Shown here piece by piece: positions 1 through 17,860 of a DNA stretch of 64,000 nt. The DNA lies in the NCBI RefSeq assembly GCF_964204645.1, contig NC_134025.1, positions 28,872,299 to 28,936,298 on the forward strand, given 5' to 3'. Position 1 is the stretch's first letter. The number at the start of each line of letters is the position of its first letter. The notes beneath the pieces were generated by a model, which was not told the origin of the DNA, made no database searches, and was given only the letters and a program-made list of their open reading frames with translations. This DNA comes from Tubulanus polymorphus. Lineage: Eukaryota; Animalia; Nemertea. Both the position numbers and the translations under genes were made by a program.

Positions 1-2
1 AA

Positions 3-467
3 ATCAAGAAACCATCGAAAAGTAAACCGATCGTTCAGCCCAAAGAGGCCCCGAAGGCGAATGCGATCGGTTCGGTTATAATGATAATCATGATTTGTGT
101 CGTCGTATTTTTCTTTCTGATCGATATCGGTACTTACTATCAGAACTTCAAATACATGAAGAACAGTTTTAAAATGTATTACAAATACCGACAACGCCTG
201 AAGATGAGGAAAAGAAATGCTGAAGTGATTCCGAAGTTTACGAGTTTGAGTCAGTTAGCTCCGGCGTATCAACTTCACAAACGACATTTCGACAAAACAC
301 AGCAAACTACGAATTTAGAAAACAGTGACGAGGTTGAGGAAGGAACATTTGACAGTATGACTAGTTGTAATAATCTACCAAAAACAAAATACGCGACTCG
401 CATTGTAACGGCGAGACCTCCGCCTCGAATGAACTTCACTGGAACTGAGAAATTAAGCGTTTTATGA
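3..467 (+). CDS. 3' end of a single-pass membrane protein gene (partial, runs off the window start)
   Basis: The frame is open from position 3 (IKKPSKSKPIVQPKEAPKANAIGSVIMIIMICVVVFFFLID...). A hydrophobic segment is followed by a basic cytoplasmic tail. TGA at 465-467, AATAAA near 726. Confidence 0.55.
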   Translation: MKKPSKSKPIVQPKEAPKANAIGSVIMIIMICVVVFFFLIDIGTYYQNFKYMKNSFKMYYKYRQRLKMRKRNAEVIPKFTSLSQLAPAYQLHKRHFDKTQQTTNLENSDEVEEGTFDSMTSCNNLPKTKYATRIVTARPPPRMNFTGTEKLSVL

Positions 468-1975
468 CCTCAGTATTGATTGGAGTGTACACAACGTACT
501 CGACCTATCTTTATATGTTGCTATAGGCTATAAATTGTCACATCCCACCTGACGTAAAAATCTTTTTCATATATGCATGTATTTGTATTTACATAGACGC
601 TGCACTTTTTTCAGTTGGCCATAGAAAAACATCGTTTAGAAACTTGATACACTTCCTTCGTTTTTTTTTTATACACAAATTGACAATTTCCCAGTCGAAT
701 TAGTGCAAAAAGCTGCATGTATTCAAATAAATGACAACCAATTTTACATTTTGAAACGTATATTGGCTTCAGTTTTTTCATGTTTATACGTATAGTAAAT
801 CATCAGGACGAAGACTGAATGGAATCAGACACGCGGCCAGGAAAGTGAGATTATCGAATCCTTTGAAATACAAAGCACGAGTCAGATGATCATTTCGATA
901 TACAGTACGTGATAAATCGATATATTTTTGAATAATGTACATGTATATTAAAGAGTTGACATTTACGAATCCAGTTCTACCAATGGAATCGATAACGACT
1001 CTGCGCTGGTCCTGTGGTATATACATACCAACCAGTACCAAATAATAGAAGTCCTACAATTCGAATTTATTACGATGAAATTTATCAAAAGGTGACCACA
1101 ACGTTTCGGCTGTTGACTTACAGCCATCATCAGGTGGAATGACGATGAAGGCAGATAGTCATATTTCATCGTGTTATATTCGAATTGTGCGACTTCTATT
1201 ATCGACAGCATACACGGAATAGAGCGATTATTACCAAGTCATCGCTTACCATCGATCGTTTGAAATACGATGGTACATTTTCTATTTGATATACGGTAAT
1301 TCTATACGAACATTTTCAGGGGCGGATCCAAACAGGAGCAGATAAAGCACGTGCTCCTGTCGTCATTTTCCCGCGCCCTGTTGAAAATAAATTTCTTTCC
1401 ACCCGTAACTAATAAGACAGTCGTCTGCAGCACAAGATTTAGCTTATATTCTCTTAAACATCCTTCAAGTATCTAAACATTGTATGAAAATGCATTGAAA
1501 CTTTCCAGACCCTTGTTTTGGCTGCTAATATACTTTTACAGTACTATACCCTTTTCATTTCTTTGTGCTCCTGTTAAAGTCTGGCCTTATATTCTATACG
1601 CAAACAAGTTATTTCCACTGTTTTCGATTTTCAAATCATTCAGTAAAGCTAGATGAAACAGCTACACTGTAACTACATATAATGAATATATTACAATTAT
1701 AACGTTACATACACGTTTCACAATCATATACATAATGATACATTAGTATATGAATATATACAGTCTTTAGTGTACATAGTGTGTACATGTATATCGTATT
1801 TACACGGGCAAAAGTTAAACTACGTATACTTAAACAATTTATCACTAAAATTTAAGCACATTGCGATGATAACAATAATGAAATATGAATCATTGCAGAT
1901 AAAAAGGAGTAGCATCGTTTTTTTTACAATCTTTCTGTGAATCAATATAGATCTCTTTTATCTCTTTTATCATTC

Positions 1976-2176
1976 CTATGAAACAATGCACCCGCTGAAA
2001 TTACTCGGGTCTTTACTCGTAGTTTTAATATCGGCCTCTTTCACTGGAGGTATCTCACCTTCTTCCTCTTTCTTCTTTTTCTGTAAGATAAGTAGATGAG
2101 ATAGTAATTGAAATTGTCCAAAGTACCGAAATACCCCAAGCCCAGACACACAATCCCAATGTGGTATATATATATA

Positions 2177-2236
<60 letters not shown>

Positions 2237-2332
2237 ATATATATATAGTAGATGAGATAGTAATTGAAATTGTCCAAAGTACCGAAATACCCCAAGCCCA
2301 GACACACAATCCCAATGTGGTATATATATATA

Positions 2333-2394
<62 letters not shown>

Positions 2395-4702
2395 TTACTG
2401 GATCAGTAGTTGATGTTGTTGCGTGGTCGTTTTTAGTAATGTCAAATGCCGCATAAATGTCTTTATTCCACATTTCATGTCTTGGTGGTAGCTCATACTT
2501 TTCAGGTTTCACCAATCCGAATGTAGCCTTCAGTTCCAGTTCCGGTACTTCAGACGGGACTTTATGATGGTAACTAAGAAATTCGAAATAAGAGTTTGAT
2601 AACAGATACCGCAATAGGAGAAATACTGAATATGTTCGGTAACGAATTTGCGCTTACATGAAATCATTTTCGCGTTCACATTTTTCTAGAGTCAATTTAA
2701 CAACCCGCCCCAACTTTCTGAAGAAACAATGCTCGGCCGGTTTCACTGTAGATCCAGCTCCTTTCGCTGAGGTATACTCCTTACATAGATTCGACGATTT
2801 CTGGAAATCTGAAATGACATTGCAACATTTTCAGATAAAATAGAGGCTTAAAATTGAGGTAGAATGTATGAAAGTGATCGTGTTTGCACTGACATTTCAC
2901 ACTTTCCCTTAAACAGGCAATCGCTTCTCCACATTTATCTTGAGCCAGTAAATCTTCACCGTGGAAACTGTAAGCCTGCAACGGAACACAAAATACAATA
3001 ATGAAATACATTAATCAATTCACGAGAAACTGAATTTAATGGATATTGATTAATACTTACGTAAGACATGTAAAAAGCTGCTTTCAATTGTAGATATTTC
3101 CTCCATTTCTCAGTCACAGAATCATCACTCGTATTTAACCCAAGATCTTAAAAGTTTAATGAGCGATGATACAGAATCTGTCATGATATCGAAACTATAA
3201 CAATGAGTTTCTTACCCGCAGCTTCAAATAATTTAGACGTTTCATACGCTAAACTTGATCTGAGACTAACTGCGTGTTTCAGCTCAATAGCTCGAGCGAG
3301 TGTGACTGAAATAAAAACAACATTTGAATTCCTGAAAACAAGAAAAAACAGAAGTGAGGAAAATCAAACAGGAAATTATATAGAATATTTACATACTTTC
3401 CTGTGCTTCAGCTGTACATTGGTTGACATAGGCTTCTATTATCCTTGCGTCTGTATCATGAGTTTTGTCACCTCGATCCAGTAAAGCTGGCCCAACCTCA
3501 TCCTAGAAAGAATAACCGAGCCTTTATTGTTTCCAATGTTATCGTATTTCTAATTGGATTACTATTGAAACGTAGTTTCATATGCCTACCTTAACGTACT
3601 GGAATATACCAGCTGCTATTCGCAAACATTTATGCACCTCTTTCGCTTCATCTACGCTCGGGCTATAAAAAACCGTTTAAAACTGTCAAAATTCATCAGC
3701 TTTTTAACGAGGTTCTAAAATTTTTAATCATAACATCAATACTCACTCGTCTTTAGCACCGGCAATTTTAGCAGCGTGTTTAGAAAACCACAATCCGATA
3801 TCAAATACCACAGAATATAACTCGAAATAACTATCGAAATGTTCACTAAAATATCAAAAACATTGAAATCATTTAAATATCGATAACATTTATAGAGCTA
3901 AACTCACATAAGTCGTTGTAGTCGGCGCGATGACTTTTATAATCATTGATACAAATGACTGATTACAATGAGCAGATTGAATTGAGAATACAAATTAGGA
4001 CTCAAAAATAGAAACGACTTCAGTGATGTAACAACTCATCCGATGACTAACTGTGACTGCCGTTTGTCTAATTTACCTCGGTGTTGAGCCGCATAATGTA
4101 TTTGTCCATCTGAATTTGATGATATTTCGTAATTTACTGTCCCCTGCAGCGCCTTCATCAACTGTATACAGAAATCCATTCAATAAAGACAGATAATGTT
4201 TCGCCGCTTCTTCCATGATCTTCACATCTAAATTAGGATCGGCCAAGATGTCCAATAGTTTATTTCTTGTTCTCATCAATTCACTGAAAAAGAAAGAAAC
4301 ATCAAAATACTAGTGTTTGTAAATCAGCTTGCCGCATTCAGAACTCTGCACGATTGGACAGGAGATCACTAGCACAGTGGCTGCTGAGGGTCGCTAACTG
4401 GGCTGGGCCTGGCTGGGGTCCCTCCTGTGGAGTGAAGATATAAATCATTTCACTTAGAGACTAATTGATAGAATTAAAGTGGAAGGTAGCATAGACACAA
4501 AATCAGCTAGGCTTACTAGTTGAAAAGTTGAAACAGATGATAAATAACCACAAGCCAAGGCATAATCGACTCATCGAGTTTCTGTGAAGTTTTTTCCCTA
4601 CCTGCAGATTTGCCGTGCTCCTGTCGTAGACGCAACTAATTTCAGTTCAAAGTTAACCTTACTGGTCGCTTTCAGCGGATTCCTGTGAAACCAATGAGCC
4701 AT
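1976..4702 (-). CDS. BROX: BRO1 domain- and CAAX motif-containing protein (multi-exon)
   Basis: Starts [21 protein letters not shown] (ATG 4702). Exons include [32 protein letters not shown] and [14 protein letters not shown]-like/[13 protein letters not shown]. Ends ...[11 protein letters not shown] (CAAX box, TAG 1976-1978). GT-AG introns join in phase where checked. Confidence 0.93.
2091..2390. repeat. Tandem duplication (period about 156 bp), each unit carrying a (TA)n microsatellite, in the last BROX intron
   Basis: agtagatgagatagtaattgaaattgtccaaagtaccgaaataccccaagcccagacacacaatcccaatgtgg occurs at about 2091 and 2247, each followed by a long TA run. Confidence 0.92.
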
Positions 4703-4759
4703 TTCTGCTGCTGCTGCTGTATTTATTTACTTTCAACGCAGCTAAAAAAATATTTTTAC

Positions 4760-5040
4760 AGAACTGTCAAAAATCACTTTACTTCCGGGTCCACACTTTG
4801 TGACTAACATTATTTTCGGTTATTAGTCGATGTCAAGGTCACGGTGAGTCCGGTTCGCGCTAAAGTGACCACACTTAGATTACCGATAATGATTGGTTGA
4901 AAGTAATTTGCGGCTAATACGATTGGTTTGCTGGTGAGCCAATGAGATGCCCTGAACTGGGGCTGTTATTAGTTCGAATCCACAAGAGTCAGATTCCGAG
5001 AAAGTTTCTCAAGGTCGTTGCCATTCCATTTGACAGCTGC
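4760..5040. promoter_or_regulatory. Bidirectional promoter between BROX and WDR27
   Basis: The divergent ATGs are about 340 bp apart. ETS-type ACTTCCGG at 4781; CCAAT/ATTGG boxes at about 4892, 4922 and 4939. Confidence 0.6.
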
Positions 5041-5044
5041 GAAA

Positions 5045-9464
<4,420 letters not shown>

Positions 9465-10044
9465 CCTTTCAAAAGAAGCTGCTTCATCAAAGTCTAGTAT
9501 CTAGTTGTTGTAGGGGAACCCTTACATCATCTGGTATTCCGACTTTTTTATCAGAATCTCTGTGATACATTTAACTATGATTAGTTGTTATACACATTTT
9601 GTATTATTTCCACGACACTTTTAGATTATCTTTTCATATACAATGACCTTTTGTTTGTACATTTTGTAGAAATAAACACAAAGGTTAAATTATTTTAGTT
9701 CTTAAGGTATTCACTATGGTGTTTAAAACCTCGGTATTCCATTCCATCACCTGGAGCTCAGCTTCTTCCTTCTAAACACAAGAACTACCAATACAAATAT
9801 ATTCAATGAATTATTTTATTTTCACTTTTAATGCCAACAAATGCTCAAAATAGGACAAAAATCACACGCAAAAATATTTGAAATTATAAACTTACGTATA
9901 AAATTATCATTCAAATACATGTATAAATAAACATTAAAAAAAAGATTTGAAGGACGGATATACCAGGTACCGGTGCTACATAAAGGTGAACTAAGAATCA
10001 CTCTGATAATCCCCCAAACAAACCACCGTTATGAGACTTACAGT

Positions 10045-13000
10045 TTACCATGGCTTTTCATCATCACTACTCAATGTTTGTGATTTATAATTGACTGATC
10101 TACGAGATTTAGTTCGAGGTCCATCTCCAGTGTCCGGTCTTTGTGGACTGAAAGGATATTCCTCTAATGGAATTCTACCGTTTTCCTGCCAATTATTTAT
10201 AGACCTTTCCCCTGTCATTGGTCTGTCTAGTCCCTCCCCCGTTCTTGGGCGGTCTGATCCCTCCCTTGTTATTGGACGGTCTACAGTTTCCCTAGTTCGC
10301 GACCTATCAGTCACTTCCCCTGTTCTTGGACGATCTAATCCATCTCTTGTTCTCGGTCTGTCAGTTCCTTCCCCTGTCCTAGATCTACTTGTATCATCTC
10401 TGTTGTCATTAATCTCATCTGGATCCCATCTAGTCGTTCTCTGATGATTATTAATAGACGGATTGTTTATTTGCTGAGATACTAAACTACCGCTGTGATT
10501 AATCTCAGGTAGTTTGATTCTTTCATTCGATGATTTGCGTCGATTACGTGGAGTTATTTCTGAATTATTCCTCAATGACTGTCTGGAATATGACTGACGC
10601 AATAATTCCTGGATTTGATCATCAGTGAGTGATTCGATATTCAAGTCATCTGAAATGAAGGATTGAAATTCATTTCTAATACATAGAGGTTGGCTCATGA
10701 ACATGTTGTACATGCCTTCAGTGCCGCTGAACACTGAAGCACCGAGATGTGATTTCCTTGAATCTGAAGGTTATTTGAATCACACGCTGAACTAAGCGAT
10801 TTTAAGAAAGTTATTTTTCAACATATCTGTACGTGGACAGTACTTAAAACTTGTTGGAAAAAACCCCGATATCTCATCTGAATCAGCACTAGTTAGTTAC
10901 CTAATCGTTGGTGGTAAGTTTTTTATAATCGAATGGGCTTATACCATGTGGTTTGTGAAAATATCCGATCGAAAAACAAAACCACAGACAGGTTACTGAC
11001 TAAATCAGCACTAACTTACCTTTACTATTTAGACTGGTGAAACTATCATCATTGTTACTGATCATTCTCCTCGCCTTCAATTCATCCGATTCATTCTCTT
11101 CTGTGATTTCACCGCTGTCACCGTCGGCATCAAAAACCTGTTGAACGAGACTGGAACCCTGTTCGGCGCGCGCCTCAGCGAGTAGATCTTCGAGGATATC
11201 CGGGGGCAGCTTCGGCGGATTTTCTAACATACTTATTCTCGATGATGACGATCTGTTTGAACAAAACACGAGTAAAGAAATGAACGATCTTTATCGATGA
11301 ATACCGATTGAATGACAGATACAGATCTTACAAATCTCCTGAGTTTTCCCTGATTTTTCCATGTGATTACACATATGTAAAAATCCCTGAGTGAATCAGG
11401 GACATTTCTAGGTTTAAAATGTTACAATTCATTGATTTTTCATTGAATCACATACTAATAAACAATTGTCCAAATTCCCGGAGTTTTCCAGGTTTTTGGT
11501 GAAATTTGTGAAATTCCCTAAATTTTTGTAGATTTTTCTGCTTCCCTTAGTTTTCCAGGTTTAACATCAGTGGCGCCATCCTGACAGATTACTTACCTAG
11601 CTGTATTTAGTTCAGATGTATTAACGGTAGTTCTTGACAATGAGCGACAGCACTCATCGAGCAGAGAGTTCAGAGTTTCATCGGAAAGTTTTGGAGTTTC
11701 CACCTATACGTAATACATTTCTTGATTCAATAAATTCTCCATGATGAAACCAATGTTTATTGTCTCTTGAGCATTTCGCTCAATCTTACCACGAGATCTT
11801 TGTGTTGACTGAGTTCAGCTAGGTCGGCTTCGATCTGTTCGAGACGAATTCGCATTTCGCGTTGTTCCTTCGTTTCTTTCAAAGCCTGTTCACCTAATTC
11901 ATCGATATCGACGTTACGTACATCGGTGCGAGTGAAAAGACAGTGCTGAAAAACCAAAGTTACCAAAACAGTTCACAGATACATCGAATAAAGCAGTCAT
12001 TTTTGGTCAGTGAACTAATAAAGTGGCCACTTTTTACCCATTTACAAATCCCCGATTTTTCCATTTTTTATTTAATCACATACAAAGGAATAACGTAATA
12101 ATGAAATATGTGGTCAATAGTATTATCCAAATTCCCTAAGTTTTCCAGGTTTTTGGTAAAATTTGCCAGGTTCCCTGAGTATTTTTAAAATTTTCAAGAG
12201 TTTTCCAAGTTTTCCAGGTCAATGCAAATATCTTACGTACATTCAATGGATTAACTGTAACTTGCGCCGCGTAAACACTGAATTCTTCAGGTGGAAGAAG
12301 AGCCTTCAATCGGTTGTCGATATCTTTCAAGTGATGCTCTTCGTTGATCTCCGGACGGAATCCGATCCCAGGGGGTAACGCTATATCGAGCATCGCGTCT
12401 CTATCCTGCACATCAAATTCGTCAAATTGAAAGTAATGAAAATATATGTCATGACATCCATTAAATGTAAATGTAGAATGGCAAACATGATTTATCAAAA
12501 GGTAGAAACAATCGTTAGTCTTGAATGACATTTCAGACTTCAGGATGTGCAGAAGAAATTTCCCGAAATTCTTTGATTTTTCAATATATGTGGGATTCAA
12601 ATCTGAATCAAAAGAGACTATAATAAATTATGTGTAAAATCTGCTCTAGATTAATTAGAATTTGCTGAAATTGAAAACGACATACTGTGTGTTCTTCGGG
12701 AATGTCTTCAATTCGATCGACATCTTTCAATAAATCTTCGAGTCTATTTTTCTCGTCGTCGGTCATAGCTATAACATTTCCTGCATCACTAGCGAGCTGA
12801 AATAACAAACACAGATCAGTGAAATCATAAATGAGTTTCCAGTAAATACAGTAATAATAACCAGCCCACTTGGGATATGATTTACCTTGATATTACGTTT
12901 TATAAAATCTTTCTTCCGATGTTTTTTCCGGTCGGTATTTGATGCTCTTGATCCGAGACTACTTCCTCCTAAACTAGTATCGGTTTGTCTACCGGTTGAA

Positions 13001-14893
13001 TCTAGATTAAACATAATTCAATTCAGTAAACAGTAATCGACTCAAATTGAATGCTCTAAATGTGATTGTGTAAGTATTAAAACCTACTGTTTGATTTTCT
13101 TGATGAATTTGGTTTGTTAGTAGATGTTTGAGAGTTTGTTGTTGTATTAGTGTCTGTGTCTGGTGGTTGAGTTCTGAATACTGGAGTTACAGGAGGACTT
13201 TCATCACCGCTGTCTAACGTCACTCCTTGAAATGAAACAAAAAATCATTTCCATTTAATCAATACCACATTAGAATGAAAACTATTATTATTCATTGATA
13301 TAATGACAATCAGTTTGCATTCTACTAATATCTACTAATACACATTATTTGCAAAAGGAAAGGTACTATAATAATTTCATAGCTATAGCAATGAAAGACT
13401 TTCATCCAGCCAAAACCCTCAGTGCAAGGTGTGAATGAAAGCCTCTTTATTAATGATTCTTACCTTCATTATGACTCGGAGGTGGCTCCAGTGCTAAGAA
13501 CTTAGCTGTGTTTGTACTTTCTTCTTTTGGCTCTTTCTTCCCTCCATCGGTTTTTAATGCATCCAATTCTTCGCGAAGTCTATAAAAGATTTTTAATCAA
13601 ATTCTAACCATTGACGAAACACTCTGACAGTGTTGTAACAATCAGACAAAAATCCCTCACCAAGAATGATAAAAATCGAGTCCGAAATGTCACGGAAATA
13701 TTTCGAACTGTATTTTTTCAATCTTATTCCGGGACTCGCTCAAAACGAATTCATCTTAATATAAATCCAGTGCACCAATGAAGTTATGACAAACCTTTTC
13801 TGTAATCGTAATCTATCTCTTTTAACTTCTTTTTCGCGTTTCATCTTTTTCTTCAAAATGCGATCGTATTTCCTCATTTTCAGTATAGCCGCCCTCATAT
13901 CTGGATCGACATCTTCCAAACCGGCGGCATCTTCGCTTTGATTTGTTCCTTCATCAAATTTAGGCGGCTGTTGATAAACAGCTAATTCGGACTTCATTTC
14001 GTCTTTCACTTGGCGTTTAATTTCTTCTTTAATTTCTTTAACAATTTCATTCTCTTCTTCGCTGTCGATTTCTTCTTCTTCTATATTCGGGTCATAACCT
14101 GAGAAAGTTGTATTCAAATTGAAATAATATAAATCCGATTCTCTTGTGAATCAACTTTTCATTAAGTTCAAAATGAAACCGACCAGAAATGACCAGTTGT
14201 TTAGTGACTTGGTAATCATCCTGCTTGCTGTGTTTAATCCGAGATGAACTAGCACCGATGAGTTGTAACTCTTCGTCGGTATACTCATCAGAGAAATCAC
14301 TTCCGTCATCTAGATCTTCAATCGCTATATCTGAATCCTATGAAACATTCAAACATATTCCTATCAATCAATGAAAACGTTTTTCAAGTAACAACCGTAA
14401 GCATTTTGCGAAATACCTTGTAATAATATTTTGAAGCCATTGGAGATTTATAGCCACAAATTCATAATGATAATATAAAATCCTGAGACAAGAATGAAAA
14501 AAAGAGTGCAAAATGTTTCCTTGCGCTAGTAATTCCAATTCGACTATCCAATAGTCATCTAAACGAATGCGCCTACTGATTATAGTGTGCCTAAGATGGC
14601 TATATATATAAGGATATAGTTAAAATACCGGAACAAACTACGAGCTGAAGGACACATTTTGGCCACTTTTATTCATTGTGGGGTTTTTTATTTACTAACA
14701 TATAATAACATTATCATCCTCCCTTATTTCATACCTGGTCACTAAATTCTTCTGGGGGCAAAACGTTCAGTGTTCCTGGCGAATCAAGTAATCTTCTATT
14801 TACAGCATGAGCGCTTCCAAACATAGAACTAGCAGCACTGCTCTCAACTCTACTGTCTCTACTACCGGGACGGCTCAAACCACGACTGGCCAT
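10045..14893 (-). CDS. FSIP1: Fibrous sheath-interacting protein 1-like (multi-exon)
   Basis: N-terminus MASRGLSRPGSR...TLNVLPPE; AILKMRKYDRILKKK; KDFIKRNIKLASDAGNVIAMTDDEKNRLEDLLKD; LKDIDNRLK; GEQALKETKEQRE...RLEQIE. These match remembered FSIP1 blocks. A 5' UTR exon has its donor near 15030. Confidence 0.85.
10885..11001 (-). mobile_element. Partial copy of MITE family A, in an FSIP1 intron
   Basis: Reverse complement of the agtcagtaacctgtctgtgg...cgattaggtaactaacta sequence also seen at 15881 and 46448. Confidence 0.8.
11335..11583. repeat. Degenerate interspersed repeat with TTCCCTGAG/TTTTCCAGGT subrepeats; related pieces at about 12130-12220
   Basis: Recurrent ccctgagt and gttttccaggttt motifs occur in two FSIP1 introns. 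Confidence 0.5.
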
Positions 14894-15488
14894 TGTTCAC
14901 ACCTCTATTCAAACTCTCGATACGATTTACTGGAAAAAAGCAAAAATGTTATAAAGATAACGGTCGGTTTTTATTGGTAATTATTGCGACCAGAGAGAGG
15001 AATTGTCGCCGGTCAACATCGTTTTCTTACCTTTACTAAAGATATAGAATTAATTCATCAATTTCAAACTGTTTAAAAAATCGAAAGGAACCCAAATGTA
15101 TGTATCTTGCACCGCTGACTATGCCGAGCGGTCCTAATTAGGGGAAAATGTTGGATTAATCATACAATCTAACTTCAGATTGTTTACATCGGCCATTTTG
15201 GAATCCAGGGAAATCTACTCATGAAAATAATAGATGAACTGACGATGATTTATTTCATTAAAGTTTTTCAATAAATACAAAATTGATCAGCACAAGATTA
15301 ATTAAACCAACATAAAAGAATAATATAGCTCAATAAAACATACACTAAAAGGTAAATAATTCATCAAAATTCAGTATTCGGTATGAGGTATAATCGACGA
15401 TCCATGTGATCAAATTTTAACTTTAGACAGTCCAAACGCGGAAGTAAACAATTTTTGACAGAAAGTTATTAGAAAAATAACATTCTCA

Positions 15489-17132
15489 ATGGCTGAAAAG
15501 AAAAGTCAAAGCGTAGCTGAGAATAATTATGTCTGTATTGAATGCGGTATGCCTGCTAAAGAATTGTACAAAGATTTCAACGCTGGAATAATAAAAATAT
15601 CGCATTGTGTAAGTGAGGAATCTAAAATAGTCGTGCTAATTACCGAACTAAAACGACTGAATTGACGGTTTGAGCACCGATGAATCATCGTGATCTAAAT
15701 TCTCGTTATTACTTGCCGCGGTTAATATTGTATTCGTACATTTCAGAAATACTGCGGTAAAGTTGTGGATAAATATATAGAATACGACCCTGTAATAATC
15801 TCACTTGATGCAGCTTTACACAAGAGACAAGCGTATCGACATGTTTTATACAATACTAATATACAGGTATATCGATTGTTAGTCAGAAACCTGTCTGTGG
15901 TTTAGTTTCACGATCGGATATTTTCACTTGGTATAAACCCATCCGATTATAAAAGGCTTACCACCAAAGGTTAGGTAACTAACTAATCGATGGTCATTTA
16001 TTAAACATCAGTTGTTTGAATGATTATTACTTTTATTCCCCAAACAGCACTCAATTCCCTAATACTGTTGACTGCACTTGCTATGATGAAGCAGATTGCC
16101 ACGATTTATTGCACGCCCCTTCATAGTTAGTTACCCTATCATGGGCACGATCGTGAAACTATACCAGACAGGTTACTGACTGGCCCCATCAGAAAACTCA
16201 TGTGATGACATTATTGGCTTATCTTGAATGAAATTACCCGAGGCCAAGCAGGATCTACTAAACATATTGACGGTATAATGATTTATTTATCGCAGGCACA
16301 TTGGAGGTTTGCCATTCTATTTCTGTTCTGTGATACGTACACTAAGTGGGTGAACTGGCCTGGTTCGCATCATTCGAATCAACGACAATCTGAACGTGAT
16401 TTTATATTCTACGCTGCGTTAGAATGGTCTTTCTATCTAATGTTCATGGTCTCAGCTGTTGGTAAGTCTACTCTCACTCATCGGTCCTCATTTATTTTTT
16501 CGCAATCGGAAAATTTCAATGTTTGAACGTTCAAATTTTCAGAATTTATTACGTTTTATGTTGTAATGAATGGAATCTTGAAAATATGGAAAATAATTTC
16601 TCAATCGAAAAAGTGAGTTGGCATATTTTCCTAAATCTATCACAGTTTTTACTCGTTCATTTCAATTCATTTATTGCTCCATTTCAGGGATATACGAAAC
16701 ATTATCAAAGGAGTCTTGCTTTCGAACATGGGGAAATTGTTAGTAGTACCTGCAATAATCTGGGGACAAAGTAACAGTATGGTGTATCTAACATTGACTC
16801 ATATCTTCATTTTTTCATCAAATACTCAAGCAATCCATGGTAAAGCTTTGCGCTATTATTAATGAAAAGTAAAAAATATTGTGAATACAAATAAAAATTC
16901 AGTTATCTTGAAAATGACAGCTTAAACTTGTATCGAAAGGTTGTCTTAGTATCTTTATTCATGAATTATTATTCCTTCATTAATCTCATAATTCTATATT
17001 TTATATATTTCAGTTATGTGTGATGTACCGACATATGTATCCCTGGCTGTGGTAACTATTATACACAGTACTCAGTATCTAAGCGTGAAATTGACCGAGG
17101 AATATCTGATACCATTCTTGGATACAAAATAA
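15489..17132 (+). CDS. ARV1: Protein ARV1 (ER lipid/GPI homeostasis; multi-exon)
   Basis: Zinc-ribbon Arv1 homology domain YVCIECG...LYKDF...[43 protein letters not shown]; [10 protein letters not shown]; [19 protein letters not shown] 17130-17132. Confidence 0.93.
15881..16181. mobile_element. Full-length MITE family A (about 300 bp), in an ARV1 intron
   Basis: Terminal inverted repeats agtcagaaacctgtctg ... cagacaggttactgact. The left arm is shared with copies at 10885-11001 and 46448-46560. Confidence 0.8.
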
Positions 17133-17860
17133 AGCTATAACGTCCTGCTGGCTGCTTACAGTGTTGCGGGCATTATCTTAAAGGTCGTCGCATTGTGAGG
17201 TTAAATGAACAATCCCATAAGGTTAGTCCAGTGAAACAAGGATCCAAATGACATAAGCCAAAACAAACTAACGAAAATAATAATTTGTTATTTATTTGTT
17301 AATAATTATTGCATTTATTTTGAAAATAAATGATAAAATTTTATAAAACATGTTTGCCTTGGACACTTTTTATCGAGAAAATTTACAGACAAGTCGAGAC
17401 AGAAATTATAGTCAAAAGAACTATTCTGATAAAAATATTTGTAAAGAAGCAGGTCTGAATCAAGGAAGTTCACAATCGGACGGTTATGAAGCAAAACATA
17501 TTCCAATGTTATTACATTATATAAATATACATATTACAATGTAGCAATATTTATCGCATCAGATTAAGAGATATATGGATAATCCGCAGTTCTATAAATT
17601 AATTATAATCCATATAAACTATGTTTAATTCCGGTTTTACACACATGGATAAATTGCGTCCTTAAAATCAAGTGGCTAGGACACATGAAACCAGTCAAAA
17701 TCCGGGCACCGTCATAAAATTGGAAGACAGTCGGTATCATGACACTGTAAATCTAATTCATAATTTTTGAATTACAGTGGTGGTTAATATGTTAGACCTG
17801 TTTTACAGGGGTTGTTAACACTGGTTAGAACTGTGATGACAGGTGTGGCTCGTGAAATAT

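Noticed and set aside
2041-2409. Overlapping ORFs with IYIYIY repeats
   Set aside because: They are translations of intronic (TA)n microsatellites.
10091-10444. 117-aa plus-strand repeat ORF (also 40865-41050, 43389-43574, 43737-44030)
   Set aside because: These are antisense shadows of real minus-strand coding exons.
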